64,000 nucleotides of DNA from Chrysomallon squamiferum (GCA_012295275.1 CM022672.1:20398001-20462000), one strand, 5' to 3'; shown: positions 15,701-50,700, counted from the first letter of the stretch. Translations and numbers: made by a program. The notes: a model not told the origin generated them from the sequence alone.

Positions 15701-16076
15701 GTGTGTGTGTACATGCATGTGTGTAAAGAAACCTGTACACACTTGACCACCTCTACTTTGTAAGAAATTTAAAATTCAAAGATAGTTTCAAAATAATATG
15801 AATATAAAAATATGTTAAATATATTCAATATATGTGTGTTTGTGTGTGAATTTATGTATCAAGGCCATTATTATTATTATTTTTTTTTTTATCCCATATT
15901 GGAACTGTTTTGAATAAATACATCCAAGTCATAGCAGTGACTTGTTTGACATCATACAGATCAGTTACAGAGTATAAGATGAAATGGAATGATTCATTTC
16001 ATAATTTACTTACAAGATAAACTTGTTTTTCTTGTCGTTTTCGTCCTTTGTCACTCTGTTTCCTGAACAGTGGCAT
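3747..16076 (-). CDS. LRSAM1: E3 ubiquitin-protein ligase LRSAM1 (Tal) orthologue, 23 coding exons, 737 aa
   Basis: GT-AG exons with continuous phase (5'->3'): 16014-16076, 15597-15650, 15312-15356, 14780-14854, 14387-14455, 13905-13989, 12940-13104, 12355-12402, 11873-11994, 11088-11117, 10693-10815, 10457-10544, 9814-9910, 9244-9314, 8674-8773, 8084-8174, 7447-7602, 6876-6971, 6109-6207, 5404-5535, 4894-4995, 4327-4488, 3747-3887 (2214 nt). N-terminus MPLFRKQSDKGRKRQEKQVYL..YDLSNCELQDVPSGVFATCRVLHKE; LRRs (VLDLHNNELKSLPEEIGDLENLQ); coiled coil; DYWLVQYQRLMDKKP; SAM (LKQMGIHELGLRKAIL); PSAP; C-terminal RING [37 protein letters not shown]. All match the LRSAM1 architecture I recall. Confidence 0.96.
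6360..6735. repeat. Degenerate ~100-nt tandem repeat (about 4 units) in an LRSAM1 intron
   Basis: Recurring anchors ttatcaat (~6385, 6491, 6598, 6684) and a(g/a)ctgtata (~6425, 6532, 6640). Confidence 0.6.
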
Positions 16077-16227
16077 GTCTTGGTATATTAGATGTTACAC
16101 CATCATTCCAGCAGTCTTCTTGGAGAAAAAAAAATCTTTGAAACATGATATCAGTTATAGAACATTGTTTTGATTATTTTAATTATTGTTAATCAGTATT
16201 TGGTATGTTTATAGGACCAGGCTGTAC

Positions 16228-16281
<54 letters not shown>

Positions 16282-16787
16282 TATAAATCTAACCAATAAT
16301 ATGTTGTGGTATATATTGATATCAGCTATAATTAGCACAGTGATTTTAAACTTACATACATGCAGTATCTTCAATAAAATTAATAAATTTAGGAAATTAC
16401 ATCAATTTACAATTAGTAATGTTTTTTTTTTTGTTGTTTTTTTTGTATAGATACTTGATACAAAGTAAAGTTATAAATAATTAAATGTGATTAATATGTG
16501 GTAATCTTAAAGTTTCATACACCCCTTTTTTCAGAGGTTTTTATCACTTATCACTATTTTTCCAGGATTTTTTGTTTTACTGCTAATTCTGATAAACACG
16601 CCATATAAAACTGTAAATCCAATTTAGCTTGTAACACACACACTCATCCACCCACCCACCCACCCACCCATACACACACACACAATGATAGACATATAAA
16701 TAATAAAAAAATAACTAACTAGAATCTAGTCATGGGTTACTTAACACGATAAACACTTACACTGACATATACACACACACACACTGA

Positions 16788-16820
<33 letters not shown>

Positions 16821-17040
16821 ACAAAATGATAATTATTATCTAAGCATCGTATCGCTAGTGATGATCCGAAATTTACGATTCCAATGGCCATCAAATTGAC
16901 AGCAGCAGTCCGAGGAGGATAACACAAAAATGTAATGGTAAAGACAATAATTAAGTGACTGATTCCTTAACAGGGTCTTTCAGTGTAATATCTATATTAC
17001 TTCTAATCGATAATTTAATTAATTACTGACTATACATCAA

Positions 17041-17240
17041 GTCACTCACTGCAAAACACAATTCCACGCACTTGACAGTTAAATCTACTCAGCTACTTGG
17101 TATTATTACGGAAGTCCATGTTACGATTTTTCGACATCGAGGACGCTCTAGTGTACTACGTCAGTAAGTTGCGCAGTATTTTCCCAGCGACTCGGATATT
17201 GGTGGACTTTGCTGGATCGACGTTGCTGGAACATGTTAAT
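17041..17240 (-). promoter_or_regulatory. Probable LRSAM1 promoter and non-coding first exon
   Basis: Local CpG-rich patch in an AT-rich background. Minus-strand donor GCA|GTGAGT at ~17044-17052, matched by an acceptor (ttttctccaag) just upstream of the ATG exon at ~16119. ETS-like CGGAAGT at 17109-17115. Confidence 0.5.
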
Positions 17241-17258
17241 GTTTGTGTGCGTGCGTGC

Positions 17259-17295
<37 letters not shown>

Positions 17296-18905
17296 TGTGT
17301 ATTAAGTTATTATCTTACATCCATAAAAAGTCAATATGATTAATAAATACTTTGTTACAAAAAAAAAAAAAAAAAAAATAATAATAATAATAATAATAAA
17401 ATAATAATATAATAATAATAATAATAATAATAAAAATAAATAAATAAATAAAAATAATAATAAGAATAAAGAGAGTCTTTTTCTTGTTCTTGTTGATGTA
17501 AAATGCGGTTATGATTAGATTAATTTACCAATTATAAACTGGTCCCAATAAATGTGCTACCTGGGTATTTTCTTATTATTTTCAATGTAATTTGATTAAA
17601 AATAAAATTTAAATACCATTCATTTTAACACTTTTCTTCTTTCATCTTTAAAAAAAAAAAGGTAGCAGAGAGATCATTGAGAATAATAATAATATTAAAG
17701 ATACAAGAAAAAGAAGAAAAAACAAGAAAAATATATAGTATAATAAATAAATAATAAAAATGCACCTGAAAATATTTTAAATATATCAGTAGGTCAGTAC
17801 ATGAATCGGAATTAATTTTGTGAAAATGCAAGAGAGACATTTATTTATTTATTTATTCGTTTATTTATTTAATAATTTGTTGAAATCATTTTGTTAAAAG
17901 TGTTCTTTTATTAAAACTGTTTGTCATAGGTACTAGCGTGAAAATATTATTGTACCTTCAAAACTAAAATAAAGGACATTTTATTACATTTGCGAAATGT
18001 AGCCCATTTAGTTTCATTTTACTTCATATAAGACAAAATATATTTATGTCACATTTTTAGTCCTAACTCAAATATTAAATGGAGTTGTACTTCTGCGATT
18101 ATTTCGAGTAGGAGATGAAAACCCGTAGTTAGCCATTTTAAAATCGATGAGTAATAAAAGGTAAGTTCTTCTCGTAGCGAAAAGAAAAAGAAAGAAAAAA
18201 AAAAAAAAAAAAAACAACAACAACAACAAAAAAACAACAACCAAGGAATAAAAGGTAACTTCTTTTAGTAGCGAAAAGGAAATTTGTAAAAAGTTTGACA
18301 AAGAAGAAAAGAAACTAACAATTTCCCATAAGTATCACTTTATTTTATATTATATTCGTAAATAACAGAGAAATATGTTTTTACAGTAAAAACAAGGAAG
18401 ATTAAAATGAGAAGAGCTATTTATTTTTTTAGAACGGCCATTTTTTAAATTAAAAACTGCTTTGGGATTATATGTCTAACCTAAACCCCAATCCCTGCAA
18501 AAGAAAAGTTGCGCACGATTATATGGAAATAGGTTTGCTGCAAATAAACTTCTTTTTTTTTTTGAATTTATTTATTTAACTGCATGATTATGTTAATGTA
18601 TTTTCCTAATAAGAATTTTTTTCCCCAATCTAGGTAAAATAACAAAACGAAACAACAAAACCAAAACAAATAACTTGAACAGTTGTTACCTTTACACGAA
18701 TGCATATTTTAATATGATAATGAATTAAACATTCATTAAACTGTCTTTACAGTATCTGATTTTCTACCATTTTGATGTGTATGTCATAGGCGGAACTAGG
18801 ATGTGTAATCAAGGAATTCGTCAACCCTCACTATCCGAATCATTCAGACGGGAGTTTAATACCACGGTATTTCCTGGTAACGCCCTTTATTTATTTTTGT
18901 TAAGT

Positions 18906-19194
18906 TTAGCTAAAAAAGGCTATGAGGAACACTGTGAAAGCCATCACAAAAATACAGTTTATATCTAAAAATCTCTTGATCCATTTCTTCTCGTTTTTTC
19001 CTCTGTAATGCAACGCCTGTTCTTCTTCCATGGCTTTTGTCATCACCTTTGGTTTCATACTGGAGTAGCAGCATATAATGTTGTAAACTCTACGTTTGAA
19101 GGTTAATGTTCTATCTGTATGTGAGAGAAAAATAAAAAATAAATGTTTCATTAAATTAATTATTGATATAAAGGTTCATAAAATATTAAGTAGG

Positions 19195-19292
<98 letters not shown>

Positions 19293-20083
19293 AATTTTTA
19301 AAAATGATCTTGAAATAAACATAATTTCCAATATGATACTATGAAAGTAAAATGCTATAAATGTTACGAAGGATAAACAATGAAACACGTGCCTTCGACA
19401 GATGATTTCGCTGCATTTTTCACTTCTTTTTCCTGGCGACCTGCCTCGTTATCAAAATCTTCTTCGTCATCAGTATCTTCCCGTGGCTTGCTAGAATACC
19501 GTGTCCACCATGTACATCGACGTAACTACAAAGTGTGTAAAATAAAATAAAATAACATAAAATAAATAATTAAATAAATAAATATTAATAAAAGTAATAA
19601 TAATAATATCCAAAACATCAGCTTAAAATTAAAAAAAAAAACCCAAAACAATTAGATTAACAGAAAGAAAATTCTGAGCCTCCTTTAGTAATATAAACTA
19701 CTTTGTAATATTTCTTAAATTCTTTTTAAATTAAGTAAACGTACTTTCTCTTCTGGACGTTTCTGAGTGAAGAGACTGACGACAATACAGACAACGAGAA
19801 CAACGAAAGTCAGGATGAGTGCAAAGTACAGGAAGTGTACTTTATACAATACTTCCGGTCTCGTCTCGTCTTCTCCACATGCAGGTTTCGGGTAGATGAA
19901 ATCCATGAGCATGCGTACTAACCCGACTGCCAGACCTGCCATCAAACCCCAGAATGCGCCCTGAGGGTGAAAAACATGGGGAAAAGTAAATAAGAATAAA
20001 AATAAAGATGACAGCCTAAATCCGGCTCTGACAACAGAAAACAGAGTAAACAGTTAAATCAAGATTTACATGCACAATCTTAC

Positions 20084-20159
<76 letters not shown>

Positions 20160-20467
20160 GTACTTGCTCTGTAGTCCCTTTCCAGGTAATTCCAAGAATA
20201 AAGACGACAACCCAAGGAGGTGACACATAAGCTTGGACAGCCTGGAGGTAATCCCAGAGTTTCCCCCCTTGAGCAGCCATTAAGATAGGAATCCACGCTA
20301 TGCTGATGGCAACCAATGCTAAGATAAATACTCTGAAAATAAAATACAACTAAACTAAGAGCCAAAGGTAAACGTCAAATGTACAATACGAAAATACAGA
20401 AAATGGACATTCTCCGATATGTATGCCAAAACTCGTATTAAATTTAATGTCATAGATAGAAATGGAC

Positions 20468-20556
<89 letters not shown>

Positions 20557-23500
20557 CCTTCCAACAATCATCAGTTCACGTTCGGTGGCATTCTTTCTAA
20601 ACTTGGTCCACAAATCTAAGGTGAACATACTGCTTGAGCTGTTGAACACAGACGTCAACGTACTCATCAACGCCGACAGCATACAGGCCAGCATCAGTCC
20701 GCGAACACCTACGTTGTATAATTAATTTAAATTTTAAACTTTGTATATGAATGAAAGAAAGGGAGAGAAAAAGAAACAAAGGTGGACTTATAGATATATA
20801 GAGAGCATCAAGACACCAATAAGCTTTAAAAATAGAAGACAAAAATCCTATGAAGAAACAAAATATATTCATTTCTCAAGTTTATATTTCATACAAAGGT
20901 GATAATTAAAACCTTACTCATCCTTTCATATTTTATGAAAAAGTCTACTAATATGGGGCGTACACATTTAGAACAGACTTACGTACAGATATTGGTCATT
21001 ACATATTAAGTGGACGGAGGCAGTAAACAGAAAGTTAACTAACCTGGTGGTAAGATTTCTACGACTAGTTTGGGATATGCGATGTTGGAGCAGCCATTGC
21101 GGTTTCCGCAAACGCTTTCACATATGTCAGGATCCACACAAGCGACCTCATCTAAAAAAAAATATAAAGCAGTTCTATTATTTTGTTCCCAGTATCATTA
21201 AACAAACAGTGTTTACAATCTTTTTTTTTTTTTTTTTTTTTTTCCCCCATTTTTGCTTTCATAGGTCCATTTTATTAATTTTTTTTAATTTTTTTTTTTT
21301 TTTTTTTTTAATTTTTTTTTTATTAGTTCGTTTATTCATTCACCCAAATACTTGGGTTTTAATTTTCTAGAATGATTTTTATAATTCTGTTAATTATCAT
21401 CTTCATACGATCTAGAACAGATACTATTCTTCTTCTTCTTCTTATTATTTTGTTGTTGTTGTTATTATTATGTCAGTGCTACTTTTGTTGTTATTATTAT
21501 TATAACAATCATTATTATAATCATCATCATCATCATCATCAAAATAATACGTGAATAATTACGAAATCAATGGAACCATCGACGTACTTGGAAACAATGT
21601 TCTGCCAATCATGCCAGGCAGAATAACGAGGAAGAAAGGTGTGATCTTCAACCACGCAGCGAATATCACGCCACCTTTAGCGTGTGAGTGGGTCTTAGCT
21701 GACAGCACACGCTGCACCATCACTTGGTCTGTGCACCACGCCAGGATCGCTAGTGGGGTCAGTCCAAAGATGGCGCCAGGCCAGGGGATGTCTCCTGTCA
21801 CGGGATCCCGGAAAATATGCAGGGAGTCAGCACGAGGAAAACCGGCCGTCGTGTTTCCGCACTGAGTGACGTTGGGTACCGCGTGCATGTATTTCTCAAA
21901 CAGACCTTCTATTCCGCCCGTCTCAATCAAACCTGCATCAAGTGAACGAAATACAAATAGTATGCAGATGCATATGTATAATATACATGAACACACAATA
22001 TACAAAATATTGTGAAGCCATGAAGGTATTCACGAATACACCATATATATATAAAATAATACAGGTATGAAGGTATACGTTAATAGACCATTCATGGAAA
22101 ATAAAATAGATATATATGCATGTAATGCTTGAATAAACCATAATATGAAAAAGCAGTATAGATGAATACACCTTAAGTGAAAACTATTTTAAGTTTTTGT
22201 TTCCATTATCTGCCTACGAAATGACGTCACATAAAATGAAAGTACCAGTCTCCAAGCATTCTCTCTTGTAATTGAAATGTTAGTCGAGGTCAAATAAAAG
22301 AATCAGCTGGAAGTGCACACAGTTTATGCAAATTATTTGTACTACTAATACGCTTTAATTTACCTTGGGCACATAGCCATATAGCACCAAACAACATGAT
22401 AACTGTCTGCAACGTGTCTGTCCAGATCACAGCTGACAGACCACCTAGAATTTGTAATAATAACATTCAACATAGAATTATTATTATTATTGTTATTATT
22501 ATTGTTATTTTATAGGAAGAATAATATCATTTAATAAACAAATATTTCCGTCTATGATCAAAAACAAAACGAATTTCCTTTTAGATTTCATTGCTTACCC
22601 ATTCAGTTACAAATATTAAAACCGAATATAGTTCTTAATTATTTCCTTAATTTAGATTAAATTAAAACAAAATTAAAGAGAAATTAGAGCTTTGCTTTAA
22701 AATTTACATTTACATACCAATAATTGTGTAGATAGCTGTTACCACGGTAATACTAATAATTGACAGATACATGTCCCAACCTAAAGACTGTTGAATGAAA
22801 ACAGCGCCTGCATACATGCTTACCTGAAAAACACAACGAAAAATATAACGTAAATAGTAATAGTAGTAGTAGTCGTAATAATAATAATAATCACAACAAT
22901 AAAAATAATTCTGTAAAAAAAAATTCAAATATTACTCTATAATAATATGATTTAATAACAGTTTATTATATATAAACTGAAGGTAATTTTTTTTTTAATT
23001 GCTTATTTAAAAGTTACTTCATTCTTTAAAAGAGAAGATAGTACACAAGAAAGCAATAGCGAAACTTACTGAAATCTTCTGTATAATGAGGAGAAATATT
23101 GCAAGTATGGAGAGATAAATCTGCAGTCTGCGGCCTCCAAACCGTTTTTTCAGATACGTAGGCATCGTGTAAGCCTGAAGATAAATGCATTTTAAAACCA
23201 TGTTAGATTTAAAACAGTAAGACAGTCTTCTATATATTAAGAGATGGAAACATTACTGAAGAATATATTAAAATTTATCTTCAGTGAATATTTATGATGA
23301 ATTCTTAAAATGTTTGTTTTTATGAAAATATTTTTCCAAATAAGTTATTGTGATTTATTTAGTTTTTTTTCATTTATTGGTTTGTTTTTTGTTTGTTATA
23401 ATTTTTATAATTCTTTAAAAGATTTTTTAATTCACATTTTACTAACAAAGGTTTAGAAATATTGTTATGGACAGAGGCAAATACATACCCCCGAAGCCAC

Positions 23501-23613
23501 GTACACCGGGATGAAAAACCAACCAAGCAACATGAGTATAAAAACAGCCTAAAAGAAAAAGAAAAGAAAAAAAAAAGAAAAAAAAAAAGAATGAAAAGGA
23601 AAAAAGATGTATG

Positions 23614-23663
<50 letters not shown>

Positions 23664-25513
23664 AATATGTATGTGTTTGTATATGTATATGTATGTCTGT
23701 ATGTACAATATGTGTATGTATGTTTCTATGTATGTATGTATGTTTGTTTGTACGGAAGTACACATTACATTACTTTCGTTGTTTCATAGATTCTGAGAGT
23801 CTCCTGTTGTAAATACTTTTTTCCCCTCTTTATATATTTTATTTTTATTTTTTAATAAATGAATAAATAATAAATAAATAAGTAAATAAAATAGATATTT
23901 ATTTTATGTCAACGTACGTGCCATTCGTAAATAATCACTGCAAGACCACCAGCTGCTGCAGATCCGGACATTCCTACGAAAAAATGACTACCAAAATTTG
24001 TTGCAAATACAGAAGCACCGATCTGAAAAAAAAAATAAAAAAATAAAAAAATAAAACAGTGATAACAACGACAGAATTTAACATTATCATTTTGTGAGGA
24101 TGTCCTTATTATTATTATTATTATTATTAATATCAGATACAGCCCCAGCCTTCCCTTTAAAAAAATAACATATTAGCAACTTAATTTAAAACCTATAAAA
24201 CAATTTTAACATCGATCTATGGAAACATTGAAGATTTTTTAAATTTATTTATTTTTTTTTTTTTTGTTTTACATATGCAGCAAACCATATGATTCTGCGA
24301 GATGAATTATTGAAATCATCTCATTACAATCTTCTCACACTGTGTGTGTGTATGTATGTATGTATGTATGTATGTATGTATGTATGTATGTATGTATGTA
24401 TGTATGTATGTATCTTTAAGACCATTTGATCACATTCCAAGAATGATATATAGAGGTGTTTCCATATAATGTAAAACCATATATTTTTAATCAAAGTATG
24501 AGATCTGATTATTAACTTACCGGGATCCACCACATGTCTCGTCCAGCCATGAAATATCCTTTTACACTTCCAGTGTTTGTCGTACATGATGACTACAAAT
24601 AAAAGCATTTAAACAACATAAAGATAAAAATAAACTAGCCGCTTCATAAATAAAACTCTGTCAAAAAGACAAATACACTTTGTAATATGAAACTTCTGAA
24701 TTTGAACATTTCATGTCTCTGAATTTCATTGAATAATAGGTCAGATAAAGGTAAAACTCAGTAATGGTTGCAGTAATAATGATATTGATAATGATGGTGG
24801 TAATAATGATTGTGATAACGATGATGATGATAACATGTTAGTATTTATAATGGTCTTCTTGATATTACGAATGATAAAATACTAGTAATGCTTGTAAATA
24901 TTCATACATAAAACGTATATTCATGGATACGTATGAATGTATGTATATATAATTTTTGTATGTATGTGTTTATGTATGCATATGTGTATGTATGTATGTA
25001 TGTATGTGTGTATGTATGTATGTATGTATATATATGTGTGTGTGTGTTTGTATGAGTTGTATATGTATATATAATTGCATTAATCTTAGTTTGGTCTAAA
25101 AATATGGATATATATATATATCTTTCGTACATACATAATTACTGATACATAGACATATGCACATACATACATAGTTCACATGTACACTTTCAAAAGCAGA
25201 GCTCAGTTTTCTTGAAAGACGTCTTTCTTGTCAAAAGGTCGTTCGTTGCGGGTCACTTAGCATAATAAACACACCTGAGCATAGCTGTGCGTAAGCTAAG
25301 TTAATAAACAAGCGCACTCTAGCCAGTACATATAGAGTTGTTTAAAAAATATGTACTCATGTGTGTGTGTGTGTGTGTGTATGTGTGTGTTTGTGTATGA
25401 TTATATATAAGTATAATTATAGTATATATAATACTTACCCATAATCCAACAGCTAGCACAAGAACAAAGTAACCAAGAATAACCATCAAGTCGCCAATGT
25501 GCAGTTCAGCCAT
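18906..25513 (-). CDS. SLC5A (SGLT/SMIT-like) sodium:sugar/polyol cotransporter, 14 exons, 644 aa
   Basis: Exons 25439-25513, 24521-24592, 23918-24022, 23489-23548, 23070-23174, 22718-22823, 22364-22444, 21588-21932, 21044-21151, 20558-20708, 20164-20332, 19745-19960, 19393-19525, 18906-19114 (1935 nt, phase-consistent). SSF motifs: [117 protein letters not shown]. Orthology to a specific vertebrate SLC5A1/9/10/11 cannot be assigned by eye. Confidence 0.95.
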
Positions 25514-26741
25514 GGTTTTCTATCAAGCAGGTTTGGAGACAGGTGAAGTATATAGAAACACCTTCATCAATATATTAATGAGAAAGTTCTGCGCATGTCG
25601 TTTCAGTCATTGTTCAAGTACTTAGCATGTAATGACATGATGCGTTGTGATGGTAGAGGTTAAACAACTGAAACAAACAAAACTGTTTAAAAAGAAGTGT
25701 CAACAACAGTTAGTCTTATCTTGGTAAGATAAATTATAAAGCAGTTTAGCCAAAAACTTTTAGGCAGTTTTATCAGAAACTATACGATTCCCAGTATTTG
25801 CATTCCTCAGCGTTAAATTACCTCTTGGGTCAACCGTCACCTAGCGAGCTTTCGTCTTCACTCAGTTAGATTAAAGCTTCAGGTGTGTTGGCTGTTAGAA
25901 ATGAGGGTCCAGATGGGTGGTTTTATCTTTCAAGAGCATACATTTTAAAGGTTTTAAAACATTAAAGTAGAATATATTAACATAAAACAGTTATTAATAT
26001 TGTTTCTCCAAGCTAAGAATAAAAATATAGTCTTCAAAAAAAACAAGTTAGGAACTCTAATAGGTAGTTACAGTTCTAAGATATAGGATATGCATTTTTT
26101 TTTTTTAATTATATATTTTTTTTTATATTTGTATGTGCTAGACATTGATTCAGTCGAAGAGGCATTCAGCGTACAAGTCTCCAAATGGCCATTTATGGAG
26201 TCTTTTCCATCCACTAATGATATAAAACGTCAACTTTCAAATTCCACTTCTAACACCATTCTTCCTTCAAGATTTTCGTTGATCATAAAAATCTACCAGG
26301 TTTTAATATTTATGCAATTATAATTATCATATAAACTTTTCCCACAGCTAATATATCTTACAGTTTTGGCTACTGTATATATTCCTGTAACAGTTCCCCT
26401 AATTTTTTGACGACTATAAATTAATCAAATGAATAAAATTATAAATCGCCATTATTCCATTAACCCAGTTATTGAGTGAGTAGTAAAACTAATGTGATGA
26501 TCAGAACAAGCTGTTTTAATATTTACCCAATTAATTCGCTATTATCATTTATAACCGTTCCTCAACAGCTAATATACCTTACAGTTTTTACAATTGTAAA
26601 TTACTGAAAGAGCTCACCGAGATTTCTAAATAGCTGTGTAAATGAGTACACTTGTAAATGTCCGTTCATCCATCCATCCATCCATGACTGAATGAGTATG
26701 AAAACTAATGTGACAATCAAAACAAGCTGTTGTAAACTCTC

Positions 26742-26852
<111 letters not shown>

Positions 26853-26922
26853 ATATATATTCTGTCCATCCACACAAACATACCTACCAACCTATCTACC
26901 TACTTATATATGTGTGTGTTAT

Positions 26923-27019
<97 letters not shown>

Positions 27020-27852
27020 ATGTGTGTGTATATATATATATATATTATAATAATATATTCGACGCACTCAGTTAGAATGATTGTATTTTGGTATAAATAC
27101 ACGCATGTATTTATACCAACATACAATCATGCTTAGTTTTATACAAGCATAATTATATACACCCATCCACATACACGAATATATAACACGTATATATGCA
27201 CACATCGTTGCAAATATATAAACAGGTGTGGCACAATTAATATTTAGGGAAAAAATAAAATAAAAATGACAAAGAACAAAAATGTTTAGTCTTCTTCACA
27301 CGACTCGGTTGAGACGCGTAAAGGTGAAAGGTCACAGGGGTAATTACCGTTTCAAAATTACAGCTGAGAGAAATGTATAAACTGATGGTTGATAATGCGG
27401 TGACGTGGTTATACATACTTAGTACGTTGCAGTTTGAATTTTAATTATGGGAACATTCGTCTTAATGTGCCACGCTCATGGTTAATGTAAACTGCAAAAT
27501 CATCGTGTGTCTGTATTTACAAATAACACAGAGACACATAGTGCAGAGTATAATAATAATAATAACATTATTATAAAAAGTGTTCTGTCCTTGTAATAAT
27601 AATAATAATAATAATCATAACAACAACAACAACAATAAAAAACTAAAATTATAACAATAGCACTGGTAGTAATAACAGTAACAAGAACAACATCACCACC
27701 AACAATAATAATAATGTTACGTATAGATTATTTGTAATCCTCAATAATTAATAATAATATATAATTATAACTGTAATGGTAATGTAATCTAAAATATTAA
27801 AATATCACATGTTAAGGTATCATACACTGTCGTATTTTATGTTCATCTATAA

Positions 27853-28355
27853 CAGAGGTGGGCAAACTACGACCCGCGACATTATTTTATCTGGCCCGTC
27901 AGGAATTTTCACGAACAATAAACCTATAACATTTTAAAATTTGTAGTCTTCATTTCACCGGTTTTTTCTCCTGCGATACTTAATTTGTACCACCAGGTGG
28001 CGCACTGAAACTAGACTGGGACCTTTCTTCGCCGCCGGCCATTACGAGATGGCAATTACGATTGGCACATTCAAACCGTCACGTGAAGCTCCATCGAAAA
28101 ACAATCGAAAAACAATCGAAACTGTGATTGAAACTACGTATCGAAACGGGGCGTGTCGGTGTATATATCCACCATATTCTCTGTTTGTATGTAACAATAC
28201 ATTTGTTGATTAAAAAACCGAAAAAAGAAATAGATTTCATTTTGTATTTTTTATGCTTTATGGTCGTTCCTTTTCCTCCTCATAATGGTGTGGCCCACTT
28301 GTCAGTTTCAAAAACTCAATGTAAGCCCTTGAGCCAATACATTTTCCCACCCCTG
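27853..28355 (+). mobile_element. Non-autonomous hAT (Charlie-type) DNA transposon / MITE
   Basis: TIRs CAGAGGTGGGCAAA and TTTTCCCACCCCTG (12/14 match), flanked by a perfect 8-bp target-site duplication ATCTATAA (27845-27852 and 28356-28363). Confidence 0.88.
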
Positions 28356-29327
28356 ATCTATAACATAAACATACTATTATTGTTATATACACACACACAA
28401 ACACACACACACACACACACACATGCATATACAAACATACATAAAATATATACACAGTTTTGTGGTGTCGTTATGTTTTGTATTGGGCTGTCTTGTGTTA
28501 TGTAATGTGTTGAGTAATCAAATTTTATCTTATCTAAAAGCTGATACGAATTTTAATATGAAATAATGTACTCGATGGTTAGTACAATACACATACTGTT
28601 TCGAGGTTAGCTACGATAACTCGTGAAAAAACAACTGTGTAAGTATTATTCTGTTAATATGCCTCTGGGAACGACACTTACTGTTAATAAATAAATAAAT
28701 AAATAAATAAGTAGGTAAGTAAGTAAGTAAATAAATAAATAAATACGGGTACGAAACTATAAAAGCTATAAAAGCTATGTATGTATGTATGTATGTATGT
28801 AATAACAATATATCTATATCTATCTATATATATATCTATATCTATCTATCTATATATATATATCTATATATATATATACACACAGAGACATTCACACACA
28901 CACACCTATACACATATATATATACACACACACGTACACAAACATATACATATGCATGTCTTATAGTTGGAGGTATGTTTAAAGAAATAAGCAATTAAAA
29001 TAATAAATATATATAATATAATTAATTCAAAAATAACTGAATAAAATGTAAAAAAAAAACCCTCAAAAACAAAAGAGATAAATCAATAAAAAAAAAAAAA
29101 AAAATGAACGAATGGATCGTGTAATAATATTCTGGTTTTCTGTAGGCAACATTTATTTTAACGCACTATAAAATAGAGAGAGACAAAACAACACAACACT
29201 GCGTTACAGTTAATAATGTATTGTTAATAAATCAATAAATCAATAAATCAATCATTAAATAAATAGGGGAACAAAACTTAAAAAAACTATACATGTATGT
29301 ATGTATGTATGTAAAAATAACAATAAC

Positions 29328-29379
<52 letters not shown>

Positions 29380-29579
29380 TATATATAATATACACACACA
29401 TATATACATATACCCATACACACACATATACACATACACATATATATATACACAAGCATGTTTTATGGATGGAGGATTGTTTAAAGAAATAATCAGTTAA
29501 AATAATAAATATATAAAAATATAATTAAAGAAAAATAAATGAATGAAATATAAGCAAACGAAAGAGATAAGTCAGTTAA

Positions 29580-29617
<38 letters not shown>

Positions 29618-30585
29618 GAGCGTGTAATAATATTCTCTTCCTCTGTAGGCCACAGTTTAAACATTTGTTTTAACTCGCTATGAAACAGAAAGAAACAAAA
29701 CAACACAACTCTGCCTTGTTGTAAATAATTTATTTAAGCATTAATGTGTCTGTGAAACAAAATCATCACAATATATTAACTTTTAAAAATCACAGAAAGG
29801 TTTAAAAAAAGTATAATTAAATAAGACGGGATAATTATATATAAGAATGAAAAGCGTACCAAACCCAAATGTAAATATATCTGTAAACACTTAACATAGT
29901 GTTATATATAGTAAACATTTTAGGACAAGCATGTGTATCTGAAGTATAAATGAATATTAAAGAACGATCCATATGAAAATAAGATTAAGAAGAAGAAGAA
30001 GAAATTCATATACGATGTTTCCAAAGACCCCAGTGAATAAAGTGAATAATAATAATAGTAGTAGCAGTAGTAGTAATAGTAGTAGTAGCAGTAGCAGTAG
30101 TAGTAAGAGTAATAGTAGTAGTAGTAGTAGTAGTAATAATATAATAATACTATTAATAACAGTAACAATAATAATAGTAATAACAATAACAAAAAATAAT
30201 AACAACATATAAATAAATAACCTGAAAAAATAATATTAAAACCCCCCAAAATAATAACAGTAATAATATTTGTTTAAATAGTATGAAAGAACAAATAAAA
30301 ATCACAAATGATGTCTTATCTTTGATATCTACAAATGAAATTATGGAAAATTATCATTTAAATCATAAATATTACTCAAACAGGCATAATAGTTATATAT
30401 ATTAAAAGCCGCAACCCTCTCAGAATCTTTAAGACCTTTGAATTAACTGTTAAAATAATCATCGAGTGAAAAGCTAGCGTCAGTTTCATAACATCTGTTT
30501 ATGATGCTTCAGGTAAAATGTTTCAAGTAATCTATATTAATATCTATATCGAGTGTCAAATGTTGGAATCCGGTACGTGATTGTG

Positions 30586-33098
<2,513 letters not shown>

Positions 33099-33101
33099 TA
33101 C

Positions 33102-50655
<17,554 letters not shown>

Positions 50656-50669
50656 GATGAAAAAGAGTT

Positions 50670-50700
50670 TACTTGAAAAATGTGTCCAGTTGTTTATATA
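50670..50700 (-). promoter_or_regulatory. TATA box and Inr-like element of the Cys-rich/LU gene
   Basis: Minus strand TATATAAA at 50693-50700, TCAAGT Inr-like at ~50671-50676, ATG at 50655. Confidence 0.55.

Noticed and set aside
26120-26520. Possible degenerate LINE (Tx1/L1-like) coding relic on the minus strand, also at ~33265-33570
   Set aside because: Only a vague IWRLVR-like word among stops and frameshifts; not supportable without a repeat-library search.
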